A DNA stretch of 64,000 bases from Eledone cirrhosa. Taxonomy: Eukaryota. The DNA lies in contig OZ024740.1 of assembly GCA_964016885.1 (NCBI GenBank), positions 232,810,001 through 232,874,000 on the forward strand. Direction: 5' to 3'. The notes beneath the pieces are model-generated. The model was not told the DNA's origin, ran no database searches, and saw nothing but the letters and a program-made list of their open reading frames with translations. The position numbers and the translations under genes were made by a program. Below are positions 44,985 to 58,699 of the stretch, in pieces. Each line of letters starts with the position of its first letter. Positions within the stretch are counted from its first letter, which is position 1.

Positions 44985-45150
44985 CCTCATTTCCCGGCGT
45001 CGAAGACGCTACTTTTTTCCTAAAATAAGTCTCAAAAATTTCCCATGCGTCCTGGAGGCCGAAGGTTGTTTATTACTTTTTCAAATTTGTGATTGTCAAA
45101 TTTAGAGTGCTTCCTCGAGGACGAAGCGTCTTTGGCGCCGGGAAATATGG
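44985..45150. mobile_element. Tc1/mariner-pogo-type MITE nested in an older MITE-like element (~44905-45427)
   Basis: TIRs cctcatttcccggcgtcgaagacgct / agcgtctttggcgccgggaaatatgg with TA on both sides. Confidence 0.7.
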
Positions 45151-45495
45151 TAGTTGTTCAGTTTAATCATTAAGATACCAACCGATTCTATTTATTTTAT
45201 AACGTATGAGATTTCTTGTAATGTATTTTTTTTATTGTGTGTAATGTATTTTGCTATCTAAAAAAATTAATTTTGAAAAGAATTCTCCACTTAAAATAAA
45301 ATATCGCCGGGTGTTAGATTAGCAACATTTAATATGCGGATGGGTGGGTGGAATAAGAGTGGTGAGATTGGGAACATTTTTGAAAATTAATAAGTGGGGG
45401 TGGAAGATTATTCGTGACTCGTGAGTATGTATGTATTGCTAATCTAATGTAAGTAATATTTTAAATGTTCTAATTTTTATGCAAGTTATTAATAC

Positions 45496-45670
45496 TTGTT
45501 TCTACTTTAGGCACAAGGCCAGCAATTACCCAGTGCATTACTGGTACTTTATTTTATCGACCCCGTAAGGATGAAAGGCAAAGTCAACCTCGGCGGGATT
45601 TGAACTCAGATCGTAAAGGGACGTAACTATGCTTGAAAGCATGGCGTCCGACCCTCTACCGATAGTGCCG
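45496..45670 (-). mobile_element. SINE copy
   Basis: Reverse complement of the family consensus. Confidence 0.9.
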
Positions 45671-45837
45671 TTGAATCCATAACATTATCTGCATGAGTGC
45701 CTTCAGTTTTTGGCATCTTAGCACCAAACTTTCCGTCTGGGGGTTTGGTACAACCAGTCGATATTTTCTATATCGATATACATTTCAATATATATATATA
45801 TATACATATAATATATATTGATATAGCAGGAAGAGGC

Positions 45838-45873
45838 TCTTAACGTTTCGGACGCTAGTCCTTCATCAGAAGA
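45838..45873 (-). ncRNA. Minimal type I hammerhead ribozyme
   Basis: Reverse strand: UCUU-CUGAUGA-A GGAC UAGC GUCC-GAAAC GUU/AAGA; stem III reduced to palindromic ACGU. Confidence 0.75.
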
Positions 45874-46893
45874 AAGAATGAGAAATAAGATAGATTGAGG
45901 CGACGGGCGGGATGGAATTGGAAAAAATGTCTTTAGATAAAAATAAAAGGTCCATTCATGTTGATATCTCTTGCAAAACTGTTGGTGTTGGCGATTTGTG
46001 TATGATTTATTTTGTTTTACAATGTGTTTCATACTGTAGTCATCATCTAAATTGTAAGCTTGAGTTAATTGTTCGAGGTCGACTTTGCTTTTCCATCGCC
46101 TCAGGATCGATAGAACAATGTACAATTTTAGTGTAGTGATTGAGCAGAATCTTTAGAGCGTCAGTGCTGATATCTAGCTGTCTTTGTTCCGGTTTTGCTT
46201 CCTGACTTCAAGTACAGTTGTACAGTATGTAGCCTAATTTAGTTAGAAACATAATCCCTCACCGGTTTTATCACCACAAACTGGTCATTGAATGCCTTTG
46301 AAAGCGGCTAATTTGTTGCAAACATTCTGTTCAGGTTTCAGGAGGTCTTGAAACCTCTAAGGGCCTTATGATTAAACAGTAACATACAAATCGCTGTGCA
46401 TGCTCTAAGTCATTCGATCTATGACACACCTGTTTGTAGATTAATGTTCTCCGGAGAACGCCTAAAGAACCAGTTTAATTTAGTTGTATCCATTTCCAAT
46501 ACTGGCTAGACAGTGTACGTAGACATATGAATATTGTTATATAAGCCAGTCTGTGCAACAACACCTGCTTTTCTTCTTTTAGTCTTTGACAACACACAGC
46601 TTAGTACCGCTGTGCCAAAAGCTTATTCTACTAACAATGTCAGGCTCCGCTCTTTATCTAAACTTATTAAAATGACTGTAATTGATACTTTTAGGTGAAT
46701 ACGCATACATAAAAGCACACACATATACGTATATGAATGCATAGACATATATGTGGATGCATATATATATATATGGGTGTGTGTGCGTATGTATAATTAT
46801 ATATATGTATGTAAATATATATATATATATACATATACATGATATATATTCATATATATACACATATATACATATACATATATATCTATATCT

Positions 46894-46935
<42 letters not shown>

Positions 46936-47519
46936 TCTTTAAATTACTTTGCCTCAACGTCTGTGTATGTGTAGTTTCGTTTCTCATCCATAAGGAGAGT
47001 AAGACATTTTAATCATCTGTCTGATGTATATCATATTTCCCTTATCATTTCTTTATTACAATGAGAAATGTCAAGAAACCCCTACCAATACCACCACCAG
47101 TGAAAACAACAAGAAGTAACAGCTACAGTAACAAATATACACCATAAGAACCAACAGAGGTAAGTTTTAAGTGGTAGCTCTAGCTGCTACAAAGAGTGAA
47201 AATTAGACCTCAAATCCAAAGTGTCCTTAACATGGGTACATTGGATAATGTGATGTAGGATATCCTGCATCATAAGAAAAAGGTGGGAAAATCACTGAAG
47301 GTTTGCTTTTGATATGTCAAAGTCACTGTGGCTGATTTGGTACTAAACAACAAGAAAAAAATTGACTATAAGAGCATTTCAATAAGTACATGAATATATG
47401 TATAAATATATATGCATTTATGTATATATATACTTTCTCCTATACCCACTCTACTACCCTAAGTATTGAGTACTCTGGTGCATTATGGTCCAACTTGTTC
47501 ATTACCACAACTCCTTCGT

Positions 47520-47554
<35 letters not shown>

Positions 47555-47599
47555 ATGTGTATATGTATGTATATATATATATGTGTGTGTATGTGTGTG

Positions 47600-47663
<64 letters not shown>

Positions 47664-47709
47664 CATACATACATACATTCATACATACATGAATACATAC
47701 ATACATACA

Positions 47710-48340
47710 TGAAAGAGTACTGGTGGAATGTTCCAGTAAAAACCCTAATAAAATGCAGGCATAACAGACCAGATATTATGATATGGGACAGGGAGAAAAA
47801 AGCATGTACAGTAGTGGAAGTTAGCTGCCCAGCAGATGCCAATATAATATCAAAGATTAGTGAAAAGGATAATATTTATGCAGAACTGACGAGAAATCTG
47901 CAGATACTCCACCCTGATTACACCTTCAGATTTATGCCTGTGATTATTGGGGCACTGGGATATGTTAGTAACAGCCTCAATACAAATCTTGAGAAGCTAG
48001 GCTTCATTGGAACAGAAAGAACACAACTAGTTAGGAAATTACAAGTACAATCAATTAATGGAACAGTAAAAATATGTAAAACATTCCAAAAATGTTGCAT
48101 CTAATAACAGCATATACACATGTACAGATGCAAAGCATATACACATGCACACATACAACACAAAACATACACATCCATACATACAATAACATCCATATCT
48201 ACACATGCTTATATAATCTACCTAGTTGATATTGTGTAATTTCCAATGAGAGAGTCTTGTGTCTATGTTAGAAACCGACTCTCTGTTTATTGGGAAAAAA
48301 TTTGTGAAATTATAAAACCAGAAGAACATACAAACATATG
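47710..48340 (+). mobile_element. R4/Dong-like LINE 3' end (restriction-like endonuclease) in a (TACA)n tract
   Basis: [27 protein letters not shown] is a PD-(D/E)xK RLE domain; ORF stop at 48104. Confidence 0.85.
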
Positions 48341-48537
48341 AATACATATAAAAATTAGATAAATCAACGCTAGAACAGCCCTTAAAACAGCTAAATGCTG
48401 TCAAAGGCACCGATGGGCAAAATGCCTTAGAAGACAGAGATCAGCAGGCAGTGGTTGACAGGCAGATGAAATATAGAAAATATTGAAAAGGAAGAAAGAG
48501 GGCGCTAGTGCACAGAAGTGAGTGGTAGAAGGAAATA

Positions 48538-48681
48538 ATTGTTTCTACTTTTGGCACAAGGCCAGCAATTATTTCAGTACATTACTGGTACTTTATTTTA
48601 TCGACCCCGTAAGGATGAAAGGCAAAGTCAACCTCGGCAGGATTTGAACTCAGAATGGCAAGGGCCGTAACTCTATGCGTC
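48538..48681 (-). mobile_element. SINE copy, 5' truncated
   Basis: TSD agaaggaaataat. Confidence 0.9.
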
Positions 48682-49315
48682 AGAAGGAAATAATGAAAGG
48701 TGATGTACTAAACAAGTTTTCACACACATATCTCCATCCTCATCAGCTCTCAAACCAGCAAAATGGTTTCGCACGATTTAATGTAGAGTACTAATTTAAA
48801 ATGCTGGATCATGCAACAGAAAAATACATCTTTCTGCTGGTATGATGTGTGTGTGCTAAAACAAAGAGCACAAATAGAAGGACGAAAGAAAACAAAGAAA
48901 AGAACGTAATGAGAAAGTGAATATCAAGCTAGGGTGTCTATCCTAAATACATATATAAATAACTGTGTATATCTGTACATATATTCATTTTAAAAAAGAT
49001 GAGAAGCGGATTTAGATATTCAACTTATGTTTACCCTCTTACACCAGGAGTGATATATGATTAGAAACTAAAGTTAAATATGAAAAACAAACTCTTATGT
49101 TTGCAGATACATACACGATCTGATACTATATATATAATTTATGGACTGCAATGACGTGGCGTGCTTATGCTTGATTAAACCACAGTTGTTTGACTGCTTG
49201 GATCAACCAACACGGATTATTGTAACATCTATATATATATATCGAGAGGGAGAATTACTTATGTCTGTGTGTGGATGGGTGCGTGTGTGTATATGTATAT
49301 ATATATATATATAAA

Positions 49316-50054
49316 TGAATGAAAAATGGCGTGCTGCGTTGTTGCGAATATGAATGAAAATAGACCGAGAAACAGGAAAAGTCCTTCATCAGTAGTTTGC
49401 TGATTCTCATTGGTATTTTTCGCATTAAAGACTAGACACCTAAAATCTGTGCGAGCGATAACTAAATTAAGTTATCGGGACAGTCAAGTAAACAAACAAC
49501 ATGGTAGTAACGAAACGTAAAGAGAGGAAAAGAGTCAATGAATCTTGAGGACTTAAGTACGACAAATCAAATGACGAGAAGAAAACAGAAACGTCCGAAC
49601 CACGAAAAAAGTGAGAGAGGAAAGAATAAACACATATCAGGCGGGAGGAAGTGAGAGAGGAGGAGTAGCAGAGAGTGATGGAGTGAAAGTGTGAGGAAGC
49701 GGCCAGCTGAGAGTGTGTGACCAGCAGCGGGGGTGGAGGAAAGCAAGAGGTAAGGGGGAGAGGGAAAGAGGACAGCAGTAAGGTGACAGAAAAAATACGA
49801 ACCACAGCGAAGGGAAAATATATGTGAATGAAAAATGGCGTTCTGCGTTGTTGCGAATATGAACATATGAATAAAAATAGACCGAGAAACAGGAAAAATC
49901 CTTCATCAGTAGTCTGCTGATTCTCCTTGGTACTTCTTCGCATTAAAGACTAGATACCGAAAATCAGTGCGAGCGATAACTAAAGTAAGTTATCGGGATA
50001 GAGGAAAGTGAATAAACAATATGGTAGTAACGCAACGTAAAGAGAGGAAAAGAG
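49316..50054 (-). mobile_element. Non-coding element with ~220-bp direct terminal repeats (pLTR/retrozyme-like)
   Basis: 49316-49534 is repeated at 49825-50054; TA tracts on both sides; CTGATGAAGGA on the - strand in each repeat. Confidence 0.8.
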
Positions 50055-50061
50055 AGACAAG

Positions 50062-50100
<39 letters not shown>

Positions 50101-50101
<1 letters not shown>

Positions 50102-50153
50102 AGTTTCAGAAGATCCCGTTAAGGATGAAAGCACCGATTCTTTGCTTAAACTT
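50101..50153 (+). ncRNA. Type I hammerhead-like fold with variant core CAGAAGA (U4A)
   Basis: GAGUUU-CAGAAGA-UCCCGUUAAGGAU-GAAA GCA(9 nt)UGC UU/AAACUU: all three stems pair. Confidence 0.65.
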
Positions 50154-50163
50154 TAATCTGTTA

Positions 50164-50251
<88 letters not shown>

Positions 50252-50398
50252 TAAAGAGTCAGGACCCCCACAGCTGAGCTCCCGCCGTTTCGACAGCTGG
50301 ATCCGACTCTACTACGCTAAGTATTGAGCAATCTGGTGCGTTATGATGGTCCACCTGGTATCTAACCACACCCTCTTTGTTATGTATACGTGTGTATG

Positions 50399-50431
<33 letters not shown>

Positions 50432-50656
50432 ATGTGTGTGTGTGTGTTTGTGTTTACACAAATACAAAATTATTTATTTACTTAAAATATAGAGCGAATT
50501 ATCAATATAGCATCATTTTATATAGAATTATCAATATATAGAATTATCAATATAGCATCATTTTGTTTATTAACTTTGTACCCCACGTGGAATACCATAT
50601 CAGCAACTGGACCCATATTGGCATTGGGTGCTGAAACAAGTAAACCTTTATATATA

Positions 50657-51238
50657 CTAGTCGAATTACCCGCGCTTTGCTGCGTTTCACACATTTTCTT
50701 TGTAAGAAAATGATGATTGATTTTAAATCAGTGATTTAATTCATGGAGAAATTTTATGGAAAATTGGAAAACATAATTTTTTGTAGTATATCAAATCAAA
50801 ATTACATTATTAAAATCTTATTCTTAATTTGTTTCTTGTAAATCATTTTTTTCAAAATATCAATTCAAAACTTCATCATTTCAAATTAGAAAGTGCCAAT
50901 ATTCAAGTTATGGGCTTACAAGATTTTCACTATAGGGGGTTTAACCCTTATTAGGAGGTCTTAATATTATTGAAATTTACTGAAATTTTGTGAACAGGCA
51001 TCATATCTTGTCATTTACCTACGGTTTAAATTTCATATAAATAAAAGGGAAACAATTTCAGCGAGGGTTTTCAGCGGGGGTTTGTGCCTCCGGGAAACCC
51101 TTTGATTAAAATGAAATATACTTATCTAAGTACCCTGTGCAATGTAGTTTCAGAATATATATATAGTTATGGGGGTTCTATCTCCAAAATCATAGTGGGA
51201 GTTCGTGAACAAACAAACTACAACTTTATATATATATA
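50657..51238 (-). mobile_element. Non-autonomous Helitron
   Basis: A|CTAG plus acccgcgctttgctgcg at the left end; caaacaaactacaactttatatata at the right end. Confidence 0.7.
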
Positions 51239-51471
51239 CATACATATATAGTAATAATAATAAATGTGAAGACTAAAATCCGAAGAGGGCTCGATAGGGA
51301 TAATATATATATAAAAAATGTATAAAAACCTTAGAGCAAATATTTCTTTCTTTCAGAAGATCCCGTTATGGGTGAAAGCAGCGATTCTTCGCTTAAACTT
51401 TAATCTGTTGTTTTAATATATATATATATATATGTGCGTGTGTGTGTATGTATATATATATATGTATGTAT

Positions 51472-51519
<48 letters not shown>

Positions 51520-51581
51520 AGATGTTAAAAAAGGCTAGCAATATGTTGGTAGATTGTAGGCATTATTGTTATATATAATAT

Positions 51582-51716
51582 AGTTATGGCCCTTTACGTT
51601 CTGAGTTCAAATCCCGGCGGGGTTAACTTTGCCTTTAATCCTCACGGGGTCGATAAAGTAAAGTACCAGTAATTCAGTGGCTAATAGCTGGCCTTGTGCC
51701 AAACGTAGAAACAATT
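51582..51716 (+). mobile_element. SINE copy, 5' truncated
   Basis: Family match; TSD-like ttatatataata. Confidence 0.85.
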
Positions 51717-51758
51717 ATTATATATAATATTACTATAGTTTATTTTTACTATATATTT

Positions 51759-51948
51759 ATATTTAATATAGAAATGTCTACAGGACTAGAACTGTTTCAT
51801 TCGAAGGAAATCATTAGGTTGATGATTTCCTTCCAATGAAACAGTTCTAGTCCTGTAGAAATTATTTCTATATTAAATATTTATACTCTGCTATACCTTA
51901 CTTACTTACTGTGTTTACTTACTGTGTTTACCTCCGATTGAACCGGCA
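51759..51948 (+). mobile_element. Fold-back element folding at a degenerate hammerhead core
   Basis: Arms meet at ~51812-51819; right arm reads TTGATGA TTTC CTTC CAAT GAAAC AGTTCTA GTC. Confidence 0.65.
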
Positions 51949-51964
51949 TATACACACGCACACG

Positions 51965-52071
<107 letters not shown>

Positions 52072-52900
52072 CTTTGTGTGTGTGTATGTATATATGTATA
52101 CCATAAAATATATAATATCATATATGTATGTATGCCTATGTCTTTGTGTAATTTTTACGTGTTTATATATATATATATGTGTGTGTCTGCTGTAGATGCA
52201 CTTGTATAGCAGTTAGAACAAAGTGAAATCATATGGCTCGGTTTCTATGTAAGTCTAAGTAGGTGCCTGTATCTGGAACCATCCGCCGCCTAAGATCACA
52301 CAAGCACAAAAACACATATACCATTAAAAAAAACTGCCCTAGCTTCCAGCCCCAGGCCCATATCTGAAACCTCCTTCATACGACACTATCTTATCTCATC
52401 ATTCACTTATTAACAGCTTTTTTTCTTACTTTGCATTAGTGCTACGATATCCCCCCTCCCTCTATGTTACTTCCAGTCTCCCTCCCGATCTTTCTCTTTC
52501 TTTGTCTCTACCCCTTTAGTTCCCTCACATTGTCGTACATTTTAATGTAGTCATTATCAGACTAAATATGTTGTTGTTTTTTTTTTGTGTGTGCGTGTGG
52601 GTGTTTGCATAGATTTGACTGAATTATAGGTGAACGATATGTGCCCCGCGTATATATCTTATTTTATGCGTGTGTGTTTGCGTTTGTATGTCATGTGTGC
52701 TTGTGTGTGCAAGCGAATCTGTAAAAATTGACCCGGCTGTCTCTTTAGAATTTCGACAAATATTTAATCGAACCGGACATCTCATGATATCGATACGAGA
52801 TCGGCTATTTCCTTATCGCATATGCTAATATGCATTTGTATGCATATGCATATGTATGTGTGTATGTATTTATATATATATATACACGCGTGTGTGTGTG

Positions 52901-52932
<32 letters not shown>

Positions 52933-52934
52933 CT

Positions 52935-53345
52935 ATACGATATTAACAAATGGAAACTATATTTATAAAACCATATTTATTCTATTATACATATTTCAAG
53001 GATACCACGTTAAGTTATGGTATGCTTTCATCAGGCAAAATACAATACAGATCAGTTTTATAAATAAATATTGACATACCCTTAAAAAATGCAACCATTA
53101 CTGTTGGAAGCTCCAGGATAGCTTCCAACAGTAATGGTTGCATTTTTTAAGGGTATGTCAATATCATAATCAATAATTTATTTATAAAACTGATCTATAT
53201 TGTATTTTGTCTGATGAAAACATACCATAACTTGACGTGGTATCCTTGAAATATGTATAATAGAATAAATATGGTTTTATAAATATAGTTTCCATTTGTT
53301 AATATCGTATGTTTACTCCAAATACTTATTGAGTGCTTTATATCA
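52935..53345 (+). mobile_element. Fold-back element with ~180-bp arms, a 7-nt loop and a hammerhead in each arm
   Basis: 52935-53112 / 53120-53310; tail actccaaatacttattgagtgcttta. Confidence 0.9.
53204..53266 (+). ncRNA. Type I hammerhead ribozyme in the right arm of a palindrome (mirror copy on - strand at 52979-53041)
   Basis: AUUUUGU-CUGAUGA-AAAC AUACCA..UGGUAU CCUU-GAAA UAUGUA UA/AUAGAAU. Confidence 0.7.
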
Positions 53346-54214
53346 GTTATAAAAATATTTGCTTGTTGAATCCCAACAATTTAAATAGAACTTTTGCATA
53401 TATATATATACTATATATACTTATGTATCTATCTGCTATCTGAATGAAACTGTTGAACTTTGAGTCTCTTTTTAATAATTTATTACAGGTCATCTGCATT
53501 CACAGACACAAACATATATACTCTCACCCCAAATCTCTCCTCTACTCTCTCAAATACTCATACATACACCACCCCACCGTGTATATAGAAATAACTACTA
53601 CTCTGAAGTGTGTGAGAATTCGCTTCGCCATTTTGGGGGTTTAGTAACCATTACTCATTTTTATTAATAACTATTAATACATGAACTTACTAATTGTATA
53701 GATTATATTTACTATCGATGTGTGTCCGTGATAAACTGCATCAGGCGCTCTAGCTATTGTTTACTGTTGTGTGCTATTTAATATTGCATGCTTTGTTGTG
53801 TTCTGCACTCCGCTTTAAATTCGATATGTTAGTTATTAGGTTTCAGGTAAAGCTTGATCATGCAATGATGTATGATTTGAAAGAAATCTAACTGCTAATT
53901 GACCCCTGGTTTCTTGGTGTGGCGTAGTATGGAATGTTTTTCACTATGTAGCGCATCCACTGTATCCTATTGCACACCACAAAAATGGCTAAAGAGAACT
54001 ATATACTATAGTATATTCAAAGTATTGCACACATGCTATTAGATGAATGAATGATTAATAACTGAATACGTAACCAGCGTGTTGTATGCAAATCAGTTAA
54101 ACCAATTCAGTGAGGTCACAATATTTTGTAGCTGTAAATAGATATGTAGATATGAGCTATATCGTGGAAAGATATCAGCAGGGAATGTTATGAGATAGAA
54201 TATTGTATAAGAGC

Positions 54215-54246
<32 letters not shown>

Positions 54247-54396
54247 ATAAATCTACCAAGAGTTTACGGTAGTGTCCAATTGTTGAATATGCATGCCAAT
54301 TCTAACACATATATATCCTAGAAACGATCGTTAAATAATGAACTTTTTTTGTTTAATATAAGGAACTGTTTCATTGTTTTATTCATTATTTTTTTA

Positions 54397-54443
<47 letters not shown>

Positions 54444-55414
54444 CAGAAAACAATTGCGGGTGTCTTTGATAGATAGATATATTATGGAGTGTTGAAAATA
54501 TTTCATTATGCGAAATTACCAATGAAAACTAGTATACATTTTAGGTCGTTAAAATGCAAAACTGAGATAATAGAGATAATATCAATGCAATGTAGGGCGG
54601 GACAGAAAACTCGCAAAACTAACGGATATGTTTTCATTTTATTAGATCTGAAGATGCTTCTTGATTGGCATAATTATAAGAGACTAATATATCTAAAATT
54701 ATATGGAATGCATTTGCGCTGATTGTGAATATCAGCAATTAGACCAAGGGAAGAGCTGTTTTCATTATATTAGAAGGTAGGATACCGCATGTGCGATCTT
54801 ATTGGAGTTAGCTCCCTTACTTGTAGTTTATATCTATTAAGCAGTCACTGATTTGCATGGATAATCAGCGTTAGTTCATATTTTAAAATTCACTATATTA
54901 TTTATACAAGAATATAATATATTTGAATTCAGCCTGCAGAACGCGTCCCTAAACTATATTCTTTATATTCATATTTAGTGTCACTTGTGTATGAATGCTT
55001 ACAGGTTTGCACATGTACGCATATATACATGTATCCTTCACAGTCTTGTTACATGTCTAGGATATAATTCTCTACTTCTCTGATTAAGTTTAAAAAGATT
55101 GAAACATGTTCATTGTTTTCACCAATTCACCGGGATCACTACCAATAGTTCATTTTCTATAATTATTAATATTTTAAATGTTCAATATAATCATTGTAGT
55201 TACCTCACAGGCTCTTTTGTTTTAGATTGTAAACACCCCTAAAGGCAGTTTTCTTCCACTATTTGCATGGATAATCTAAGTTGATAAAAAAAAATGTCGA
55301 ACATTCTGTGTGTATAACCTTATTGCATTTGTATTTAATACAAATGGTAATGCCAAAAATTATATTAATATATTGCGGTCCGGGAGCAGCTAGAAGCAAC
55401 ATATCTGTATATAA

Positions 55415-55490
<76 letters not shown>

Positions 55491-57993
55491 ATCTCTTGTG
55501 TGTACTACAGACAAATAATACCTTTTAAAAGTGACCTTTATATAATCATCCGACACATGGTGTGACGTTGTGCAGAAGTAACTTTGTTGGCAAAACAAAA
55601 CTAACCACCACACGTCCAACTAACGCAATACATCATTACAAGAGATCTGTGACGCACTTATCTGCTGTCTATCTGTTTATTAACACCGTAGCTTGGCCAA
55701 ATGTCTTGTATTCTACAGTATACACCACCGACACAAATATTTACCTACATATTCTATACAACGCGTCAACTTAGAACCATATATTATTTCTTAGAAAGAA
55801 AATAAATACCACCATCATCATCATCACTTCACTCCCAACAATACCACAAAACAACAAAATCAACAATATTTAAAACAAAATGCACAGACACCTAGTATTA
55901 TTAAGGTATCAGATATACTACAGGCTTTCTTATCTTTGAATACTCTGATTCTAATTTCATTTGAAACAAAACACGCCAGGTTAGCCCAATTGGAAGCTTG
56001 CAAGCCAGTGCGCACACGCACATCGCACGCGTTCATAAACGTACACACATACACACAATTTCATACGCAGCTACGTACACATAATTACATACAACCCCGC
56101 ACACTGGCTGAGCTACAGGCATAAAGTATACACTCAAGATGTATCCAGCAATTCACACATACAAGAGTGAATCATAAACACATATGTATCTATTTATATA
56201 TGTGTGTGTGTATGTTTGTTTATATGCATGTATGTATATATATGTGTGTATGGTATATACTCATATATTCAGATATATGCAAGGTGTGTATATAAAGTTA
56301 TAAGATTAGCTGTGAAAATACGCTTGCACAGGATATGTGAGGTACTAAATGAACAATATATAAACTGTGGTTGCACCCCCAAATGAAGCATGTTCAAATA
56401 AATATACGAGATGAATTATTTGATGCTACACCGCTACACGGTGAAATGACAACCAATATCTACATAGATATAAAGAAGGAATATGAGACCAAATTCAGTT
56501 ACTCGCCCTGGGGGTTTCTCAGCCATCCTTCTAGAAACATGCATTTGAACTTTAGCAAAACCACTGTAAAATTGCTTGCAATCAAAGTGGATGACAAGGT
56601 AAAGATGCAGTTCACTGTTCCTTGCATGTATGTATGTATGTATGTATGTAACCCAGTAAAACCTATCTCATGGTTGGGTTGTCCGCGACTAAACCGGCAA
56701 CCCCACAAAGTTTTCTTGGTGAGGAGGGTGATATTTGGACATACTGCGCGATGAAATACAAACACGGCTAAGGGTGGAGGAACTCAGCAGAGTAAAGGGC
56801 CATCCAAATAGTAATTTTTCCTCCCACCTGGTAGTGAAAAGCCCCCAGTTGTTATCACAACAACTTTCCTGGAGAGGGAAACTCTTAAAAAAGAAAAGAA
56901 TAACCCTACAGCTTCGGAAGCATCCGATGATGTTGACCAGTTCTCCTTTTCGGGTAGTGTTTTCGATGATCTGAGCGTGCATTAGTTGAGTCCAAGGCCT
57001 TTCCCCACTTAAAATACCTTCAAAGCACAGGCATTGTTCGTTCAGGATATGTTACATGATCGTGAGTCTGGCCGTAGCCTAAAAGTGCACCAAACTCTAT
57101 AATCTGACAAGTGATTGCAATACGCTTAGCAATTTGCAACCATCATGTATATATATATATATATATATTTATACATCTATAAACACACATATACACATAT
57201 AGACATACACACACACACATATATATGTATACATATTTAAAAAAATAAACAAACACAGTAATACAAAACAGTCAATGTTATTAGTACCACGATAGATGGA
57301 CGAGAGAAAAAAATGTTCAACGTATCGGACTTTAGCCCTTCGTTACGAGGTACAGTTGAAAGATAGCAGAAATAACGACATGTAACATAGATGGACTAGC
57401 TAATGAAATGACAGAAAGTCAGTTACAGTCATCAAGGGAGTGTACACGTACACGTACATATGATTACATATCACATATACATCTTTCAGTATATACTGTT
57501 CAATGTTCCCTCACACATAAACAGACTATCACATTTGCAGATATTGTTTAGGCTTTTAAATGCCTTTCTACACTCAGCTTTTGCAAAAAAGACGCACGCA
57601 CGAGCACATACACACTCGCACTCACAAACACGTACACACACGCACACACGCACGCATGCACATGCACCCACATGCGTTATTTAATAGAACATTATATTCT
57701 TACCTAAACATTCGCAAATGTTCATAGATACAAAGAAGAATAAATAAATATAATCAAATGTGTGTTTTGAAGTGACATACCAACTCGTACATAGCCATAT
57801 GTACACACATAAAATCAACACCTAGATACACCATTGCGAACATAAACATTGGACTGGTAGTAAATCATTGCTCTCAATTTGGCTGCAAGAGTATGGGGAT
57901 GACAGGTCTTTTTCTTTCCTATTTCCTTTACAATGAAATAATGAAGTAATCACCTTTGGCCTATCTAAAGATCAGTTACACAAAGTGTGTGCG

Positions 57994-58030
<37 letters not shown>

Positions 58031-58059
58031 ATGTGAGTGTGTATATATATATATCTATC

Positions 58060-58092
<33 letters not shown>

Positions 58093-58189
58093 ATACACAC
58101 ACATATATATTATATATATATATATATATATACACACACATACATATATATTATATATATATATATATATACGCACACACTTTGTGTAA

Positions 58190-58243
<54 letters not shown>

Positions 58244-58251
58244 TACATATG

Positions 58252-58295
<44 letters not shown>

Positions 58296-58312
58296 GCACA
58301 CACTTTGTGTAA

Positions 58313-58376
<64 letters not shown>

Positions 58377-58398
58377 TAGCAGAATATGAACAAGCTGA

Positions 58399-58485
<87 letters not shown>

Positions 58486-58623
58486 GGACGTAATGAAGAC
58501 TTAACAAATCGTCCTTGTATTATTATATTACACTATGTTTCGCTCTACACCTCGCCACTGACGTCAACCTAAACACCGAGTGCTCACCTGGGTGAACCTA
58601 CAGTAACTTCACGTTACACTCCC

Positions 58624-58699
<76 letters not shown>

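Noticed and set aside
58525-58600. Reverse-strand hammerhead-like CAGGTGA..GAAAC
   Set aside because: Two core mismatches and no stem I.
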